Both the position numbers and the translations under genes were made by a program. A stretch of 64,000 nucleotides of DNA from NCBI GenBank assembly GCA_018220935.1, contig JAAOXU010000015.1, positions 2,255 to 66,254 of the forward strand. The letters run 5' to 3'. Below, in pieces: positions 39,202-48,863 of the stretch; position 1 is the stretch's first letter; every line of letters starts with the position of its first letter. The notes below the pieces were generated by a model. The model was given only the letters and a program-made list of their open reading frames with translations. It ran no database searches and was not told the DNA's origin. The DNA comes from Candidatus Altiarchaeota archaeon (lineage in GTDB: Archaea > SpSt-1190).

Positions 39202-39393
39202 ATGAAAGTCAGTGTCAATAAAGATTGTATTGGTTGTGGTGCGTGCGTTGCAATTGCGCCAGGAATCTTTGAAATGAATCAAGAAACTATGAAAAGTGTG
39301 GTCATAAAACAACCAAAAACTGCTGAAGATAAAGATTTGACAAAACAAGCTGTTGAAGCTTGCCCTGTTGATGCTATAAAAATTAAGGAGTAA
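39202..39393 (+). CDS. Ferredoxin (single cluster)
   Basis: CIGCGAC...ACPVDAI. Confidence 0.93.
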   Translation: MKVSVNKDCIGCGACVAIAPGIFEMNQETMKSVVIKQPKTAEDKDLTKQAVEACPVDAIKIKE

Positions 39394-39422
39394 GTTTTTA
39401 TCTTACTCTTTCTATTCTTAAT

Positions 39423-40199
39423 ATGCCTTACTTTAAGTTTGGTGGTTCAAAGCTCCACTACACTGTTATGGGGAAAGGTAAACCCGTTCTTATGATTCAT
39501 GGTATGCTTGAGAGTTCAAAAAACATAGAACCCTTTGCAAAAAAACTAAAAAATAAAGGTTTTAAGTGTATTTTAGTTGATCTCCCTTTTCATGGTAAAA
39601 CTAAAGGAATCATCTTTTCAATTGATGGTATTGTTGCTTCCTTAAAGTCTCTAATGACATTTTTAAAAATTAAAGAATACCAATGTTTTGGTTTTTCACT
39701 TGGTGCTGCAATTTGTTCTATATTAATTAGGAGAGATTCTAGGATAAAAAGCATGGCTGTAATTTCCCCTGTAATTTCTGATTTTAGGCCACTTGAGCGA
39801 GTGTTGTTAGTACTTCTTAAGTCAACTTTGAAATTAAAGCTAAAATATAAATTAATTCTTGAAGAGATGGCACTTGACCTGTTAAGGCCCGGAGCATCAC
39901 AAAGTGAGGTTGATTTTTTCTACAATAGTACTCAAACGTCAAAGCCCCTGTCCCTCTTAACTGATGCTATAATGGCAGCCCAAATTAATACCGGTCTAAA
40001 TTTACTATATACTAATAAGCCCCTTTTTGTAGTTTTAGGGAAGTACGATAAACTTTCCCCTCCAAACTTAATGAAAAATAAATTATCTGGTTTGGCTAAA
40101 ATTTTAATTGTTAAAAAAGGTCACTCTGATATTTTTCCTGAAGACTTAATGGAAGGTAAAAAATATCTCTTGAGTGAATTTTTCAAATCAACTTTTTAA
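39423..40199 (+). CDS. Alpha/beta hydrolase
   Basis: IHG, DLPFHG, GFSLG nucleophile elbow, GKYD, GH. Confidence 0.88.
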   Translation: MPYFKFGGSKLHYTVMGKGKPVLMIHGMLESSKNIEPFAKKLKNKGFKCILVDLPFHGKTKGIIFSIDGIVASLKSLMTFLKIKEYQCFGFSLGAAICSILIRRDSRIKSMAVISPVISDFRPLERVLLVLLKSTLKLKLKYKLILEEMALDLLRPGASQSEVDFFYNSTQTSKPLSLLTDAIMAAQINTGLNLLYTNKPLFVVLGKYDKLSPPNLMKNKLSGLAKILIVKKGHSDIFPEDLMEGKKYLLSEFFKSTF

Positions 40200-40737
40200 G
40201 TGCATTGACAAACATTTCAGTGCGGTGTGGGTTTCTAAGTACTGCGGCTGGATGAATCACGGGTAGTATTCTTAATTCCCCAAAAATTGTTGAGACTTTT
40301 TTTATGATTCCATTTTCTTTCATCATGGCAGTCCAGGGGACTCCGTATTTTTTAAATATAAATTCACCAGATGTGGCACCTAATGGTACGATATACTTAG
40401 GTGTTAAAACATCAATTTGAAGATTTAGATATGGTGTACACGCTGTGGTTTCTTCCCTGGTTGGTCTTCTATTGTCTGGTGGTCTACACTTTGCAATATT
40501 AGTAATAAATACGTCTTCTCTATTGATTTTAAGTTCGTTTAGTGTTTTAGTTAATAGTTTACCTGCTCTCCCAACAAAAGGAATACCCTCTTGATCTTCA
40601 TAATATCCTGGTGCTTCTCCAATAAAAACCACTTTTGAATTTGGATTCCCTGTCCCTGGGACGGCTCTAGTTCGCTCCTTGCTCAATATGCATTTTTCAC
40701 AAACTTTGATTTGATTTGAAATATCTTCTAAATTCAC
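40183..40737 (-). CDS. udg: Uracil-DNA glycosylase family 4
   Basis: CEKC, IGEAPG, PFVGRAG, KCRPP.NR, HPAA. Confidence 0.95.
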   Translation of the reverse strand: MNLEDISNQIKVCEKCILSKERTRAVPGTGNPNSKVVFIGEAPGYYEDQEGIPFVGRAGKLLTKTLNELKINREDVFITNIAKCRPPDNRRPTREETTACTPYLNLQIDVLTPKYIVPLGATSGEFIFKKYGVPWTAMMKENGIIKKVSTIFGELRILPVIHPAAVLRNPHRTEMFVNALKKLI

Positions 40738-40821
40738 AAATCCATAATGGGTGGCAGATTATAGCTTTTGACATTGGCAAGTAAGCACCAACGTATTAAA
40801 ACTGGGTTGCCTTGATTTCTT

Positions 40822-41124
40822 GTGAGAGTACTAAGTTATGATGGTGGGACTGCAGTTGTTGAAGTATATCTTGCACCTGGACTTTTTTCTAGAAACGTAG
40901 TTCAGCAAATTATTGAGAAATTTGAAGTAATGTTGGCTGAACAAACAACCTCAAATGCGTTTTTGAAAAGAGTTAGTAGAAAAAGAGATTTCTATGCTAT
41001 AATTGCAATTGAAAGCGATGACTTTAGAATTGTAACACAAGTAGCCTCCTCAATTGAAAAAAAGACTAGAAAAGTTTCGCTAAAAGTAAAAAATTCAATT
41101 TACTCTGCTTTAAACCTACTATAA
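40822..41124 (+). CDS. Hypothetical protein
   Basis: GTG 20 nt after TATTAAAA; no motif recognised. Confidence 0.65.
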   Translation: MRVLSYDGGTAVVEVYLAPGLFSRNVVQQIIEKFEVMLAEQTTSNAFLKRVSRKRDFYAIIAIESDDFRIVTQVASSIEKKTRKVSLKVKNSIYSALNLL

Positions 41125-41688
41125 AACTTTTGGTAAGAGTAAACTTGTAAAAAACAGAACGCCCCAAATTATAGGATTCCACTTTATTACTTTTGAACCA
41201 TCAAGTGGGGGGATTGGTAATAAATTAAACATTGCAAGTTGTAAATTAACATACGTTCCAATTGCAAGAATTGGAATTACTAAGCTGCTTAAGAAAAATA
41301 TGCCTGCAAGTACTATATTTGAGATAGGTCCAACTACTGCGACTAATCCTTGATCTTCTGGTGTTGCGTTACGTTTTGCCCAATATGTGGCACCTGGTGC
41401 AATAAACAAGGGACCTCCAACTACCCTCATGAGTAAAGCAAACAATAAACCTTGTCTCCACATTCTAAATTCACTCCACGCACCCCTAGCTTTTGCCATA
41501 AATTTATGTGCACTTTCATGAATTGCAAAACCGAGACCTATGAAGAAAAAGTAAAGTAAAAAGGCAACCCACCAATCTGGACTCCTCAAATAAGGATATA
41601 CGAATATGAATGTTATGGCTAAAGCAGAAATTAAAAGCTCTTTTAGCTCAATTACACTAAACCCAAATACTTCGTTTTTCGAATACAC
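41119..41688 (-). CDS. Site-2 protease (M50) family
   Basis: HESAH, GPISN, FNLLPIPPLDG. Confidence 0.93.
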   Translation of the reverse strand: MYSKNEVFGFSVIELKELLISALAITFIFVYPYLRSPDWWVAFLLYFFFIGLGFAIHESAHKFMAKARGAWSEFRMWRQGLLFALLMRVVGGPLFIAPGATYWAKRNATPEDQGLVAVVGPISNIVLAGIFFLSSLVIPILAIGTYVNLQLAMFNLLPIPPLDGSKVIKWNPIIWGVLFFTSLLLPKVL

Positions 41689-41721
41689 TAAAAAATAAAT
41701 ACACGTGGGTTTTAATCTTTT

Positions 41722-42180
41722 ATGAATATTAAGTGGATATCTGGCGTGGAATATGCAGACTTACTCATAAAAAACGTATTTGGTATTGTGGTAGTTATAC
41801 CTACTGAGAATGAAGACGAATACACTAGAAAAATGATCAAGTCATTTAGTAAAGTAAAAACACATCTTCAGCAAAATTACGAGATTCATTTTGAATTAAG
41901 TCTTGAAGGTAAGTCTGATGAGTACCATCTTCCGACTTACTTCATAAAGGAAAAGGACTATTTGGATCATGCTGAGAATGAGTTTGCTGGTTTGGTTCGT
42001 GTGACAACTATTGGTGATTTTGATCAACATCCTTTAATTTCAAAGCGACTAAAAGAAGGTGCTAAAGGCGCACAAGTCTTTGATGAACACGGTAGGGAAT
42101 TAATTGGTAGTCTAATTATGCAAGTCTGGAACGCTAAGATCTCAGGAAATCAATCCTCACTAGAAATGACAGAAAGCTAA
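41722..42180 (+). CDS. Hypothetical protein
   Basis: 152-aa ORF with no recognised motif. Confidence 0.6.
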   Translation: MNIKWISGVEYADLLIKNVFGIVVVIPTENEDEYTRKMIKSFSKVKTHLQQNYEIHFELSLEGKSDEYHLPTYFIKEKDYLDHAENEFAGLVRVTTIGDFDQHPLISKRLKEGAKGAQVFDEHGRELIGSLIMQVWNAKISGNQSSLEMTES

Positions 42181-42187
42181 GTTGTAC

Positions 42188-43267
42188 CTATGGTAAAAAT
42201 TCCTTATTTTCAATTTTTTCAGGTAAATATGTCTCACTTACGAACTTCAGATGTTTTTGTGCGAGAGCTTCCTGTTCTGCTTTGACCCTCTTTTTTATCA
42301 TCAGTTTGATTTCTTTTTCCCATTCTTTATGTTTAAACCAAGGATACTTTAGGAGGTCGTGTGCACGTTTGATGTCAACATCCTTTGCTCTAATTATGGC
42401 GTTCTCTAGTTCATAAGTGTAAATATCACTAATAGTTAGACCTAAAAATTTAGTGTCTGGTGTACCTAATTTACTTGATACGTGCGCTAAATTCATACTT
42501 CCAATTTTAATAACGCTGTAAATATACCACCCATATGGATCACTATCTGTAAACGCATATACGGGTATTTTGAATTTCTTGTTTAATTGGTGAATAAGTC
42601 GTCTGATACCTCTTGCAGCCTGACCTTGTGTACCAATTAACACACAATTATGCTTATTCCAAAATTTATCTTCATGCAATCTGTCAAATGTAGCATTTTT
42701 TTCTACAACTAGCATATAATCTGCATTCAAGTCTTTAAATTTGATATCTTCAACATTTCCTGGAATGGCCCATCCACCACTACCAAGTTTACTCCAATTA
42801 ATTTCATCACCCCTGTCTTCAATAATTACGTGTCCAGCGGCAACACCACGTCTATCTGCGTTTATGTGTAATTCATCTCTTAAGATGTCTAATGCTACTT
42901 CTAAATCTACAAAGGTTGCGTCACTCTCTCCTTGCTCTTCAAAAGTATTCTCTTTACTGCCTTTAATTGTGTGTTTTAGACTGTAAAATGACTCCCTTAA
43001 ACTTGCATGAACGTCTTCAGATAAAAGTTGTTTTGAGAATGATGCTACTAAAAGAGTTTGCATAAATTTTCTTGCGTGTGCAACATTAATGAAAAATCTC
43101 TTTGATTCTTTGTCTCCTAAACTAAGTAGACCTTTATCCTGATCCCAAATAACATTACTGCTGCCCCTAACTGGTATTTTGATGAAGGGATTCTCGCCTT
43201 TACTAACATTAGCTAATATTTCATCACTAAGTTCAGTGATTCTCCGCTGTGCTTCTTTCCTTTCCAC
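42188..43267 (-). CDS. top6A: DNA topoisomerase VI subunit A
   Basis: LRESFY (catalytic Tyr), QGESD, VVEK, GQAAR, DSDPYGWYI, KAEQEAL. Confidence 0.96.
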   Translation of the reverse strand: MERKEAQRRITELSDEILANVSKGENPFIKIPVRGSSNVIWDQDKGLLSLGDKESKRFFINVAHARKFMQTLLVASFSKQLLSEDVHASLRESFYSLKHTIKGSKENTFEEQGESDATFVDLEVALDILRDELHINADRRGVAAGHVIIEDRGDEINWSKLGSGGWAIPGNVEDIKFKDLNADYMLVVEKNATFDRLHEDKFWNKHNCVLIGTQGQAARGIRRLIHQLNKKFKIPVYAFTDSDPYGWYIYSVIKIGSMNLAHVSSKLGTPDTKFLGLTISDIYTYELENAIIRAKDVDIKRAHDLLKYPWFKHKEWEKEIKLMIKKRVKAEQEALAQKHLKFVSETYLPEKIENKEFLP

Positions 43268-43325
43268 TCAATTGTATTTTTCCGGCTTTTAAAAAACTAT
43301 TTTAGTTGCTACATCTAATACACAT

Positions 43326-43919
43326 ATGAATCTTTCAGAGTCCTTAGAACTAGTCTCAAAGTACGGTATACGGACGTCTGGTAAGGTTGTTAGTCTTGAC
43401 CAAGCACTAGAAATTAAGCGACCAATTGTCCTTAAGGCAGATACATCTGAGCATAAATTAGACAAAGGTCTGGTTTTTGTTGGATTAAAAACTGATGCTG
43501 AAATAAAACACGCATATGAAAAAATTAAGAATGCTGGTGTTACGGGGAGAAAATATCAAGTATTTGCCCAACCCATGATTAAGGGATTTGAATTTATGGC
43601 AGGTGCCATAGTTGATGATGTCTTTGGTGAAGTTTTAATGGTGGGATTTGGTGGTAGTTTTTCGGAGCTTTTCCGTGATACATCATTTAGGGCCGTACCT
43701 ATTACAAAAGAAGATGCACATGAGATGATTGATGAACTCATCTCTTCAAAAGTTTTTAGTGGTTTTAGGGGTAAAACATATAGTAAAAATGCACTAGTTG
43801 ACGTATTATTGGGTTTATCAAAAATGACTCAAAAACTTCAGTTCAAAGAGATTGATTTAAATCCCATCATGGTTGATGCTAGTAAGGCGATTGCTGTGGA
43901 TGCGAGAGTGATAAAATGA
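43326..43919 (+). CDS. Acetate--CoA ligase (ADP-forming) beta subunit
   Basis: PIVLK, HK, FGEVLMVGFGG, GFRG, EIDLNPI, AVDAR. Confidence 0.85.
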   Translation: MNLSESLELVSKYGIRTSGKVVSLDQALEIKRPIVLKADTSEHKLDKGLVFVGLKTDAEIKHAYEKIKNAGVTGRKYQVFAQPMIKGFEFMAGAIVDDVFGEVLMVGFGGSFSELFRDTSFRAVPITKEDAHEMIDELISSKVFSGFRGKTYSKNALVDVLLGLSKMTQKLQFKEIDLNPIMVDASKAIAVDARVIK

Positions 43920-44515
43920 TTGTGGTGTTTGATCTTGATGGTACTTTAGTTGATGCATCCGAACTTCATGCTACTATTTTGTCTGAAATTCTTGAGAAAA
44001 AAATTGATCCAAAAATAATTTATAATTCAAGTTCACTTCATTTTTTGGTTATGGAAAATACACCCCGTGATAAATGGGCATCCATTAAGGATGTCACACG
44101 TCAACATGAGGCTAAGATGCTTGAGAATGTAAATCTCGTAAAGCCAATGCCTGGTGTATATGAAGTCTTGACTGAAATTAAATACAAAAAAGCACTCTTT
44201 ACTTCGGCAAGTAAGCGTCTTACAACTGCCATATTAAAAGAACTAAATTTGAATGGTTATTTTGATATTATTATCACTCAAACTGATGTAGTTAGATCCA
44301 AGCCAGATTCTGAAGGTCTCTATATCATTGAATCTAAGTTAAATGATGATGAATTGATTGTTATTGGTAATAGTGGGAAAGATATGCTTGCTGCAAAAAA
44401 AATTGGGGCAATTTCCATACTATTTTCTAAAGAGAAAAAAAGGGCTAATGTGGCGGATTATACGGTTTCTAGCCTCAAAGAACTACCCTATTTAGTAAAG
44501 AGTCTCAAAAAATAG
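43916..44515 (+). CDS. HAD-superfamily hydrolase
   Basis: FDLDGTLVD, TS, KPD, IGNS..D. Confidence 0.88.
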   Translation: MIVVFDLDGTLVDASELHATILSEILEKKIDPKIIYNSSSLHFLVMENTPRDKWASIKDVTRQHEAKMLENVNLVKPMPGVYEVLTEIKYKKALFTSASKRLTTAILKELNLNGYFDIIITQTDVVRSKPDSEGLYIIESKLNDDELIVIGNSGKDMLAAKKIGAISILFSKEKKRANVADYTVSSLKELPYLVKSLKK

Positions 44516-44549
44516 TAGTGTTTTTAAAGATTAGTTTTAGATTCAAGTA

Positions 44550-45104
44550 ATGAGCTATCTAAAGCACGTTGGTAAATCCTTAAAGTCAACATCAAAGATG
44601 CGATTAATTGAGTGGAGAACTCAAACTTCTATGGTGAAACTTGATAAGCCAACTAAAGTTGACAGAGCACGCGGTGCCGGGTATAAGGCAAAGCAAGGTT
44701 TTGTGGTAGTTCGTATGAGGGTTTTACGGGGTGGGAGAACCCGAAAAAGGTTTAAGCACGGTAGAAAGCCAAGTAAAATGGGTATGCTGAGGTATTATCC
44801 AAAAAAGAGTCTTCAGTGGATTGCTGAAGAAAAAGTTGCAAGAAAATATACTAATCTAGAAGTTCTAAACAGTTATTGGGCTGGGGAAGACGGAGTTTAT
44901 ACTTGGTATGAGGTGATTTTAGTTGATCCAGCACATCCTGTAATTATAAAAGACAAAACCACTAAGTGGATTTCAATGAAACAAAACACTAAGCGGGTGT
45001 TTAGGGGTCTAACTTCTGCGGGAAAAAAGAGTAGAGGTGTGGCAAAGAAAGGTCACAAAAAAGCACACCCAAGTAATGCTGCACGTGGCAATAAAGCTAA
45101 GTGA
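44550..45104 (+). CDS. rpl15e: 50S ribosomal protein L15e
   Basis: [41 protein letters not shown]. Confidence 0.97.
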   Translation: MSYLKHVGKSLKSTSKMRLIEWRTQTSMVKLDKPTKVDRARGAGYKAKQGFVVVRMRVLRGGRTRKRFKHGRKPSKMGMLRYYPKKSLQWIAEEKVARKYTNLEVLNSYWAGEDGVYTWYEVILVDPAHPVIIKDKTTKWISMKQNTKRVFRGLTSAGKKSRGVAKKGHKKAHPSNAARGNKAK

Positions 45105-45155
45105 TCCTTTAGTGTTTTTTGGAAAGTTTAAATCATAAAACATCCTATATTTATT

Positions 45156-45755
45156 ATGAAAATCGATTTTCACGTACACACAAGTTATGGTGAAGGAAAA
45201 AATACTCCTGCTGAAATGGCAGCAGTTGCTAAGAAAAAAGGGCTTGATGCCATTGCAATTACTGATAATTTAACTCTTGAAGGTTGGAAAAATTTTACTC
45301 CGACTGATTTTATCATTATTCCTGGGTTGCGTATTCAAACAGATAAGGGTGGTGTTTTAGTATATGGTATTGGTGAACTTCCTTCTTCAAACGAGTTAGA
45401 TGCAATAATTGACTGGGCAAAAGATTTTGGATACTTAGTAATTCCAACACAGTTTGATGATAGATTAGGTATGGGGGAACTTGCACTAAAATCTTTTGAT
45501 GTAGTTGAAGGTATTAATGGTAGTGTTAAGCGTTCAATAAATGAAGCGTCTGTAAAAAAATGTATGGCTGCGGGAAAAAACTACCTGTGTAATAGTGGTG
45601 CTAAATCTGTCTCAACCCTTGGGGATTTTTATACGAATGTTGATTCAAATCCAAATGTTCGTGATATTTTAGAATCAATAAAAAAAGGTAAATTTTCACC
45701 CAGACTTAAATTACCTAGTCTCTCTGATAATTTACGTTCTAAATTCCGTCTATAA
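45156..45755 (+). CDS. PHP-domain protein with degenerate metal ligands
   Basis: IDFHVHT and GLDAIAITD present; TDN, GLRI, PTQ, SGAK replace TDH, GxE, AHP, SDAH. Confidence 0.8.
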   Translation: MKIDFHVHTSYGEGKNTPAEMAAVAKKKGLDAIAITDNLTLEGWKNFTPTDFIIIPGLRIQTDKGGVLVYGIGELPSSNELDAIIDWAKDFGYLVIPTQFDDRLGMGELALKSFDVVEGINGSVKRSINEASVKKCMAAGKNYLCNSGAKSVSTLGDFYTNVDSNPNVRDILESIKKGKFSPRLKLPSLSDNLRSKFRL

Positions 45756-46293
45756 ATCTGTGTGATTGTATTAAAATTGGTACTGCGCGAATTAGATTTA
45801 TTGCTAAAGCAAGATACGCTAAATATAATCCGCCCATAAATCCATATGAGAGTGCGGTAAAAGTTAATAATTTTGCTCCTGCTGAAGCCGCTCTACCGTA
45901 GTTTGAAGTAGTGATAAAACCCATTAGTCCTTGATTTGTAAAACTTAGTCTTGTGAAGCCTTTAGATCTCACAAAACCAACAAGACCATCGACTAACACA
46001 CCTCTTGATACAAAAATTGCAGGTATCCAAAATGGGATTAATCCAATAGACGAAAAATAAACAAAATAAACCATTTCAACAACGCGGTCTCCAACCACGT
46101 CAAGTACGTCCCCTATTGGTGTTTTCATATTAAATTTTCTGGCAATTACACCATCAAGTCTATCAGTTACTACGATTATAAAAAATGGAACTATTACGCT
46201 GATTTTTGGATCAATAAGACTAAAATACATAAGAAATACATGAACATTTACTAATACAATACGTGAGAGACTTAAAAAATTAGGAATATTCAT
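45739..46293 (-). CDS. CDP-alcohol phosphatidyltransferase
   Basis: NIPNFLSLSR; DRLDGVIAR....TPIGDVLDVVGDR signature. Confidence 0.93.
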   Translation of the reverse strand: MNIPNFLSLSRIVLVNVHVFLMYFSLIDPKISVIVPFFIIVVTDRLDGVIARKFNMKTPIGDVLDVVGDRVVEMVYFVYFSSIGLIPFWIPAIFVSRGVLVDGLVGFVRSKGFTRLSFTNQGLMGFITTSNYGRAASAGAKLLTFTALSYGFMGGLYLAYLALAINLIRAVPILIQSHRFIDGI

Positions 46294-46341
46294 AAAATCC
46301 CTTATGCCTAGTTCTTTAAAATACTAACAAGTGGGTATGGT

Positions 46342-46845
46342 GTGATAACTGTAATGCGATATGGTCATCGTGTGGGGCGCGATAAAAGAACTACAACTCA
46401 TGTTGGTCTAGTTGCAAGGGCCTTTGGTGCTGATGAATTTATTCTAGTTGGAAATGATAAAAGTCCAATAAAAACAATTAAAAGTGTAACAAAAAACTGG
46501 GGTGGGAGTTTCAAATGTTCTTTAATAAAAAATTGGAGAAAATATCTTAAAGATTTCAAAGGACTAAAACTACACCTTACAATGTATGGTGAGCCATACA
46601 AATCAGTAATTTCAAAAATTAAAACAAATCAAAATATTTTGATTTTTGTTGGTGCAGAAAAAGTTCCAATTGATGTTTACAAAACGTGTGACTTTAATAT
46701 TGCTGTTATAAGTCAACCTCACAGTGAAATTGGGGCTTTAGCAGTCTTTTTAGAAAACTTAAAAATTGATACTTCAAAAAAATTTAAAGACGCTAAATTA
46801 AAAATTGAACCAGAAAGGGAAGGGAAGTCGGTAATTAAATTATAG
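46342..46845 (+). CDS. trm56: tRNA (cytidine(56)-2'-O)-methyltransferase
   Basis: GHRVGRDKRTTTHVGLVARAFGA, HLTMYG, VGAEKVP, QPHSE. Confidence 0.95.
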   Translation: MITVMRYGHRVGRDKRTTTHVGLVARAFGADEFILVGNDKSPIKTIKSVTKNWGGSFKCSLIKNWRKYLKDFKGLKLHLTMYGEPYKSVISKIKTNQNILIFVGAEKVPIDVYKTCDFNIAVISQPHSEIGALAVFLENLKIDTSKKFKDAKLKIEPEREGKSVIKL

Positions 46846-46865
46846 TTAAACTATATTAGTTTGTA

Positions 46866-47438
46866 GTGATTGTGAGTATTGTGTTTATTGATGTATATTC
46901 TGGGTTTGAATCGAGTGAGAAACTCCTAGCCTCAAAGAAGCTTGATATAAAAATAGCACCGGGGGATTATTCACTTCTTATTTCAAAAAACAAATCTGAA
47001 ATACGCAAAAAAAGAAGTACTACTAATTTTGTGTCTGCTAAACCAAAAACAAAACAAGAAATGAATAAGCTTCTTACTGATACTTTCTATGATTTTCTAA
47101 TTATTGAAGGTTTTAATTTAGGGAAACGAAATGTTCGAATGGCAAAGCGATATGAGACACCTCTTGCAATACCTATATCTTCTGCGTTTTCACTAAAACA
47201 ATCAGATCTAAATCGTTTAAGAAAAAACTTTTCAATGGTTCTAAATGGGGGTGTAGCTTTTTTAATTTGTTCTGGTGCTAAGTTACCTGAAGAGCTCAGA
47301 GGTGGTTTTGAATTAGCATCAATTGGAATATTTTTTGGGGTACCCCATGATTTATCAATAAACTCAATAAAAAAAATTCCACAAGAGATTTTGAGTAGAA
47401 ATGAAAAGAGATTAACATCAGAGGTCTGGAAAAAATGA
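46866..47438 (+). CDS. rnp3: Ribonuclease P protein Rpp30 (divergent)
   Basis: C-terminal ICSGA...ELRG, TIM-barrel-like pattern, upstream of a Pop5-like ORF and near rpl15e. Confidence 0.65.
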   Translation: MIVSIVFIDVYSGFESSEKLLASKKLDIKIAPGDYSLLISKNKSEIRKKRSTTNFVSAKPKTKQEMNKLLTDTFYDFLIIEGFNLGKRNVRMAKRYETPLAIPISSAFSLKQSDLNRLRKNFSMVLNGGVAFLICSGAKLPEELRGGFELASIGIFFGVPHDLSINSIKKIPQEILSRNEKRLTSEVWKK

Positions 47439-47680
47439 GATATTTTAAAATTAATTGGTTAGGGGAGCATCCTAGTGATTCTGAAATTCAAGTTCATTTG
47501 AAAAAAACTCTAGGGTCGTTAGGTATTACTCTTGGGGGTGTGAGAGTAAATCAAGGCATAGTATCGTCTAATAATAGTTGGTCTGAAAAATTACGTGGAG
47601 CACTAGCTCTAAAGTGGCAATTCACCGCTAAAGTGTCTAGTACTAAAAAAGGACTAAAGTCTATTAACATCAAGTCTTAG
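47435..47680 (+). CDS. rnp2: Ribonuclease P protein Pop5/Rpp14 (minimal)
   Basis: RY..., LG..G, GIV, LRGAL, VSSTKK (cf. vSGTik); coupled to rnp3. Confidence 0.6.
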   Translation: MRYFKINWLGEHPSDSEIQVHLKKTLGSLGITLGGVRVNQGIVSSNNSWSEKLRGALALKWQFTAKVSSTKKGLKSINIKS

Positions 47681-48685
47681 TTCTCTAATTATTTTTCGTA
47701 ATGTATCGTGATCATCTCGTCTAATTATGTTAACAATTTTACCTTCTTTTCCGGCACGTCCAGTTCTACCAGATCTGTGAATATAAGTTGAACTGTCTTT
47801 TGGGAGATCAAAGTTTATTACAACTTCAACTGCAGGTACGTCAATTCCTCTGGCAGCAACATCAGTTGCAACTAGATACCTTGCACCTTCTCTAAATTTC
47901 TTTAGACTTTTCTCCCTTGCATTTTGAGTCAGATTTCCGTGAAGGGATGGTATTTTTAGAATGTCTGCAATTCTATGAGTCATACCCTTAGTACTACAAA
48001 ATATTAGTGCCTTTTCATGCGTTAAAATTTCTCTTAGTTTAGAAATTTTTTGATGTGTCTCCACGTAATAATGTTTAATCTTTTGTGGCATCTCATCTCC
48101 AACTTCAATAATTTTGAAATTTCGTCCTTTCATAAGGCCCGTAATCTTTGAACTAAGTGTAGCTGAAAATAACCACACCTTTCTGGGTGGAACACTATTC
48201 ATAATTTTTCTAACATCTGGTAAAAAACCCATGTCAAGCATCTTATCTGCTTCATCTAGTACTAAAAATTCAGGTTCACCTCTTAGTGTACCTCTCTCAA
48301 TATGATCTAAAATTCGTCCAGGGGTACCAATAACAAGGTCTGCATGTCTTAATGCTTGAAACTGTCTATCATATTTAACTCCACCATAAATTAATGCAGT
48401 ATTACACTCTATAAATTTTCTAATTTCTCTGTTTACTTGTACTGCTAATTCTCGTGTAGGTGTTAAAATCATAGCTTGAATTTTCCCTTTCTTTTCAATT
48501 AATTGAGCAAGTGGTACACCAAATGCGAGTGTTTTACCACTCCCAGTTTTTGCACGAACTGCTAAATCTTTTCGTCCTACTGCATGAGGAATCACTTTCT
48601 CTTGAACCTCAAATGCCTCCTTAAATCCTAAACTCTCCAATTTTTTGGAGAGCGCCATACTTACGCCTAATTTTTTGAAACTCAT
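47654..48685 (-). CDS. DEAD-box RNA helicase (minimal core)
   Basis: Q motif, AKTGSGKT, PTRELA, TPGR, DEAD, SAT, ARGID, HRSGRTGR; SD AGGTGA. Confidence 0.96.
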   Translation of the reverse strand: MSFKKLGVSMALSKKLESLGFKEAFEVQEKVIPHAVGRKDLAVRAKTGSGKTLAFGVPLAQLIEKKGKIQAMILTPTRELAVQVNREIRKFIECNTALIYGGVKYDRQFQALRHADLVIGTPGRILDHIERGTLRGEPEFLVLDEADKMLDMGFLPDVRKIMNSVPPRKVWLFSATLSSKITGLMKGRNFKIIEVGDEMPQKIKHYYVETHQKISKLREILTHEKALIFCSTKGMTHRIADILKIPSLHGNLTQNAREKSLKKFREGARYLVATDVAARGIDVPAVEVVINFDLPKDSSTYIHRSGRTGRAGKEGKIVNIIRRDDHDTLRKIIRELRLDVNRL

Positions 48686-48825
48686 TTATTTCACCTTTAT
48701 CCCGTGCAACGGGATTTGTTTCCCACAGAGTGGGATTTTCAGAAAAAACCATTACTAATTCGGCCGTCCAATCGGATAAGCCGTATTGTACATATCCTGT
48801 GATACAGGATGTCTTTTCTTAGCAT
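48686..48825 (-). promoter_or_regulatory. Long palindrome-rich 5' leader of DEAD-box helicase
   Basis: Inverted repeats at 48699-48715, 48721-48735, 48761-48783, 48794-48810; TATA at about 48844-48851. Confidence 0.65.
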
Positions 48826-48831
48826 CCTGAA

Positions 48832-48850
48832 GTGTTTTTTATGTTTTATA
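48832..48850 (-). promoter_or_regulatory. Promoter motif TATAAAACATAAAAAACAC (shared with CxxC gene)
   Basis: 18/19 identical to 28474-28492. Confidence 0.7.
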
Positions 48851-48863
48851 AGCTTAAGCATAC

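Noticed and set aside
42188..43919. top6A without top6B and ACD beta without alpha
   Set aside because: Partners may lie elsewhere; split operons are common in such genomes and cannot be judged from one window.
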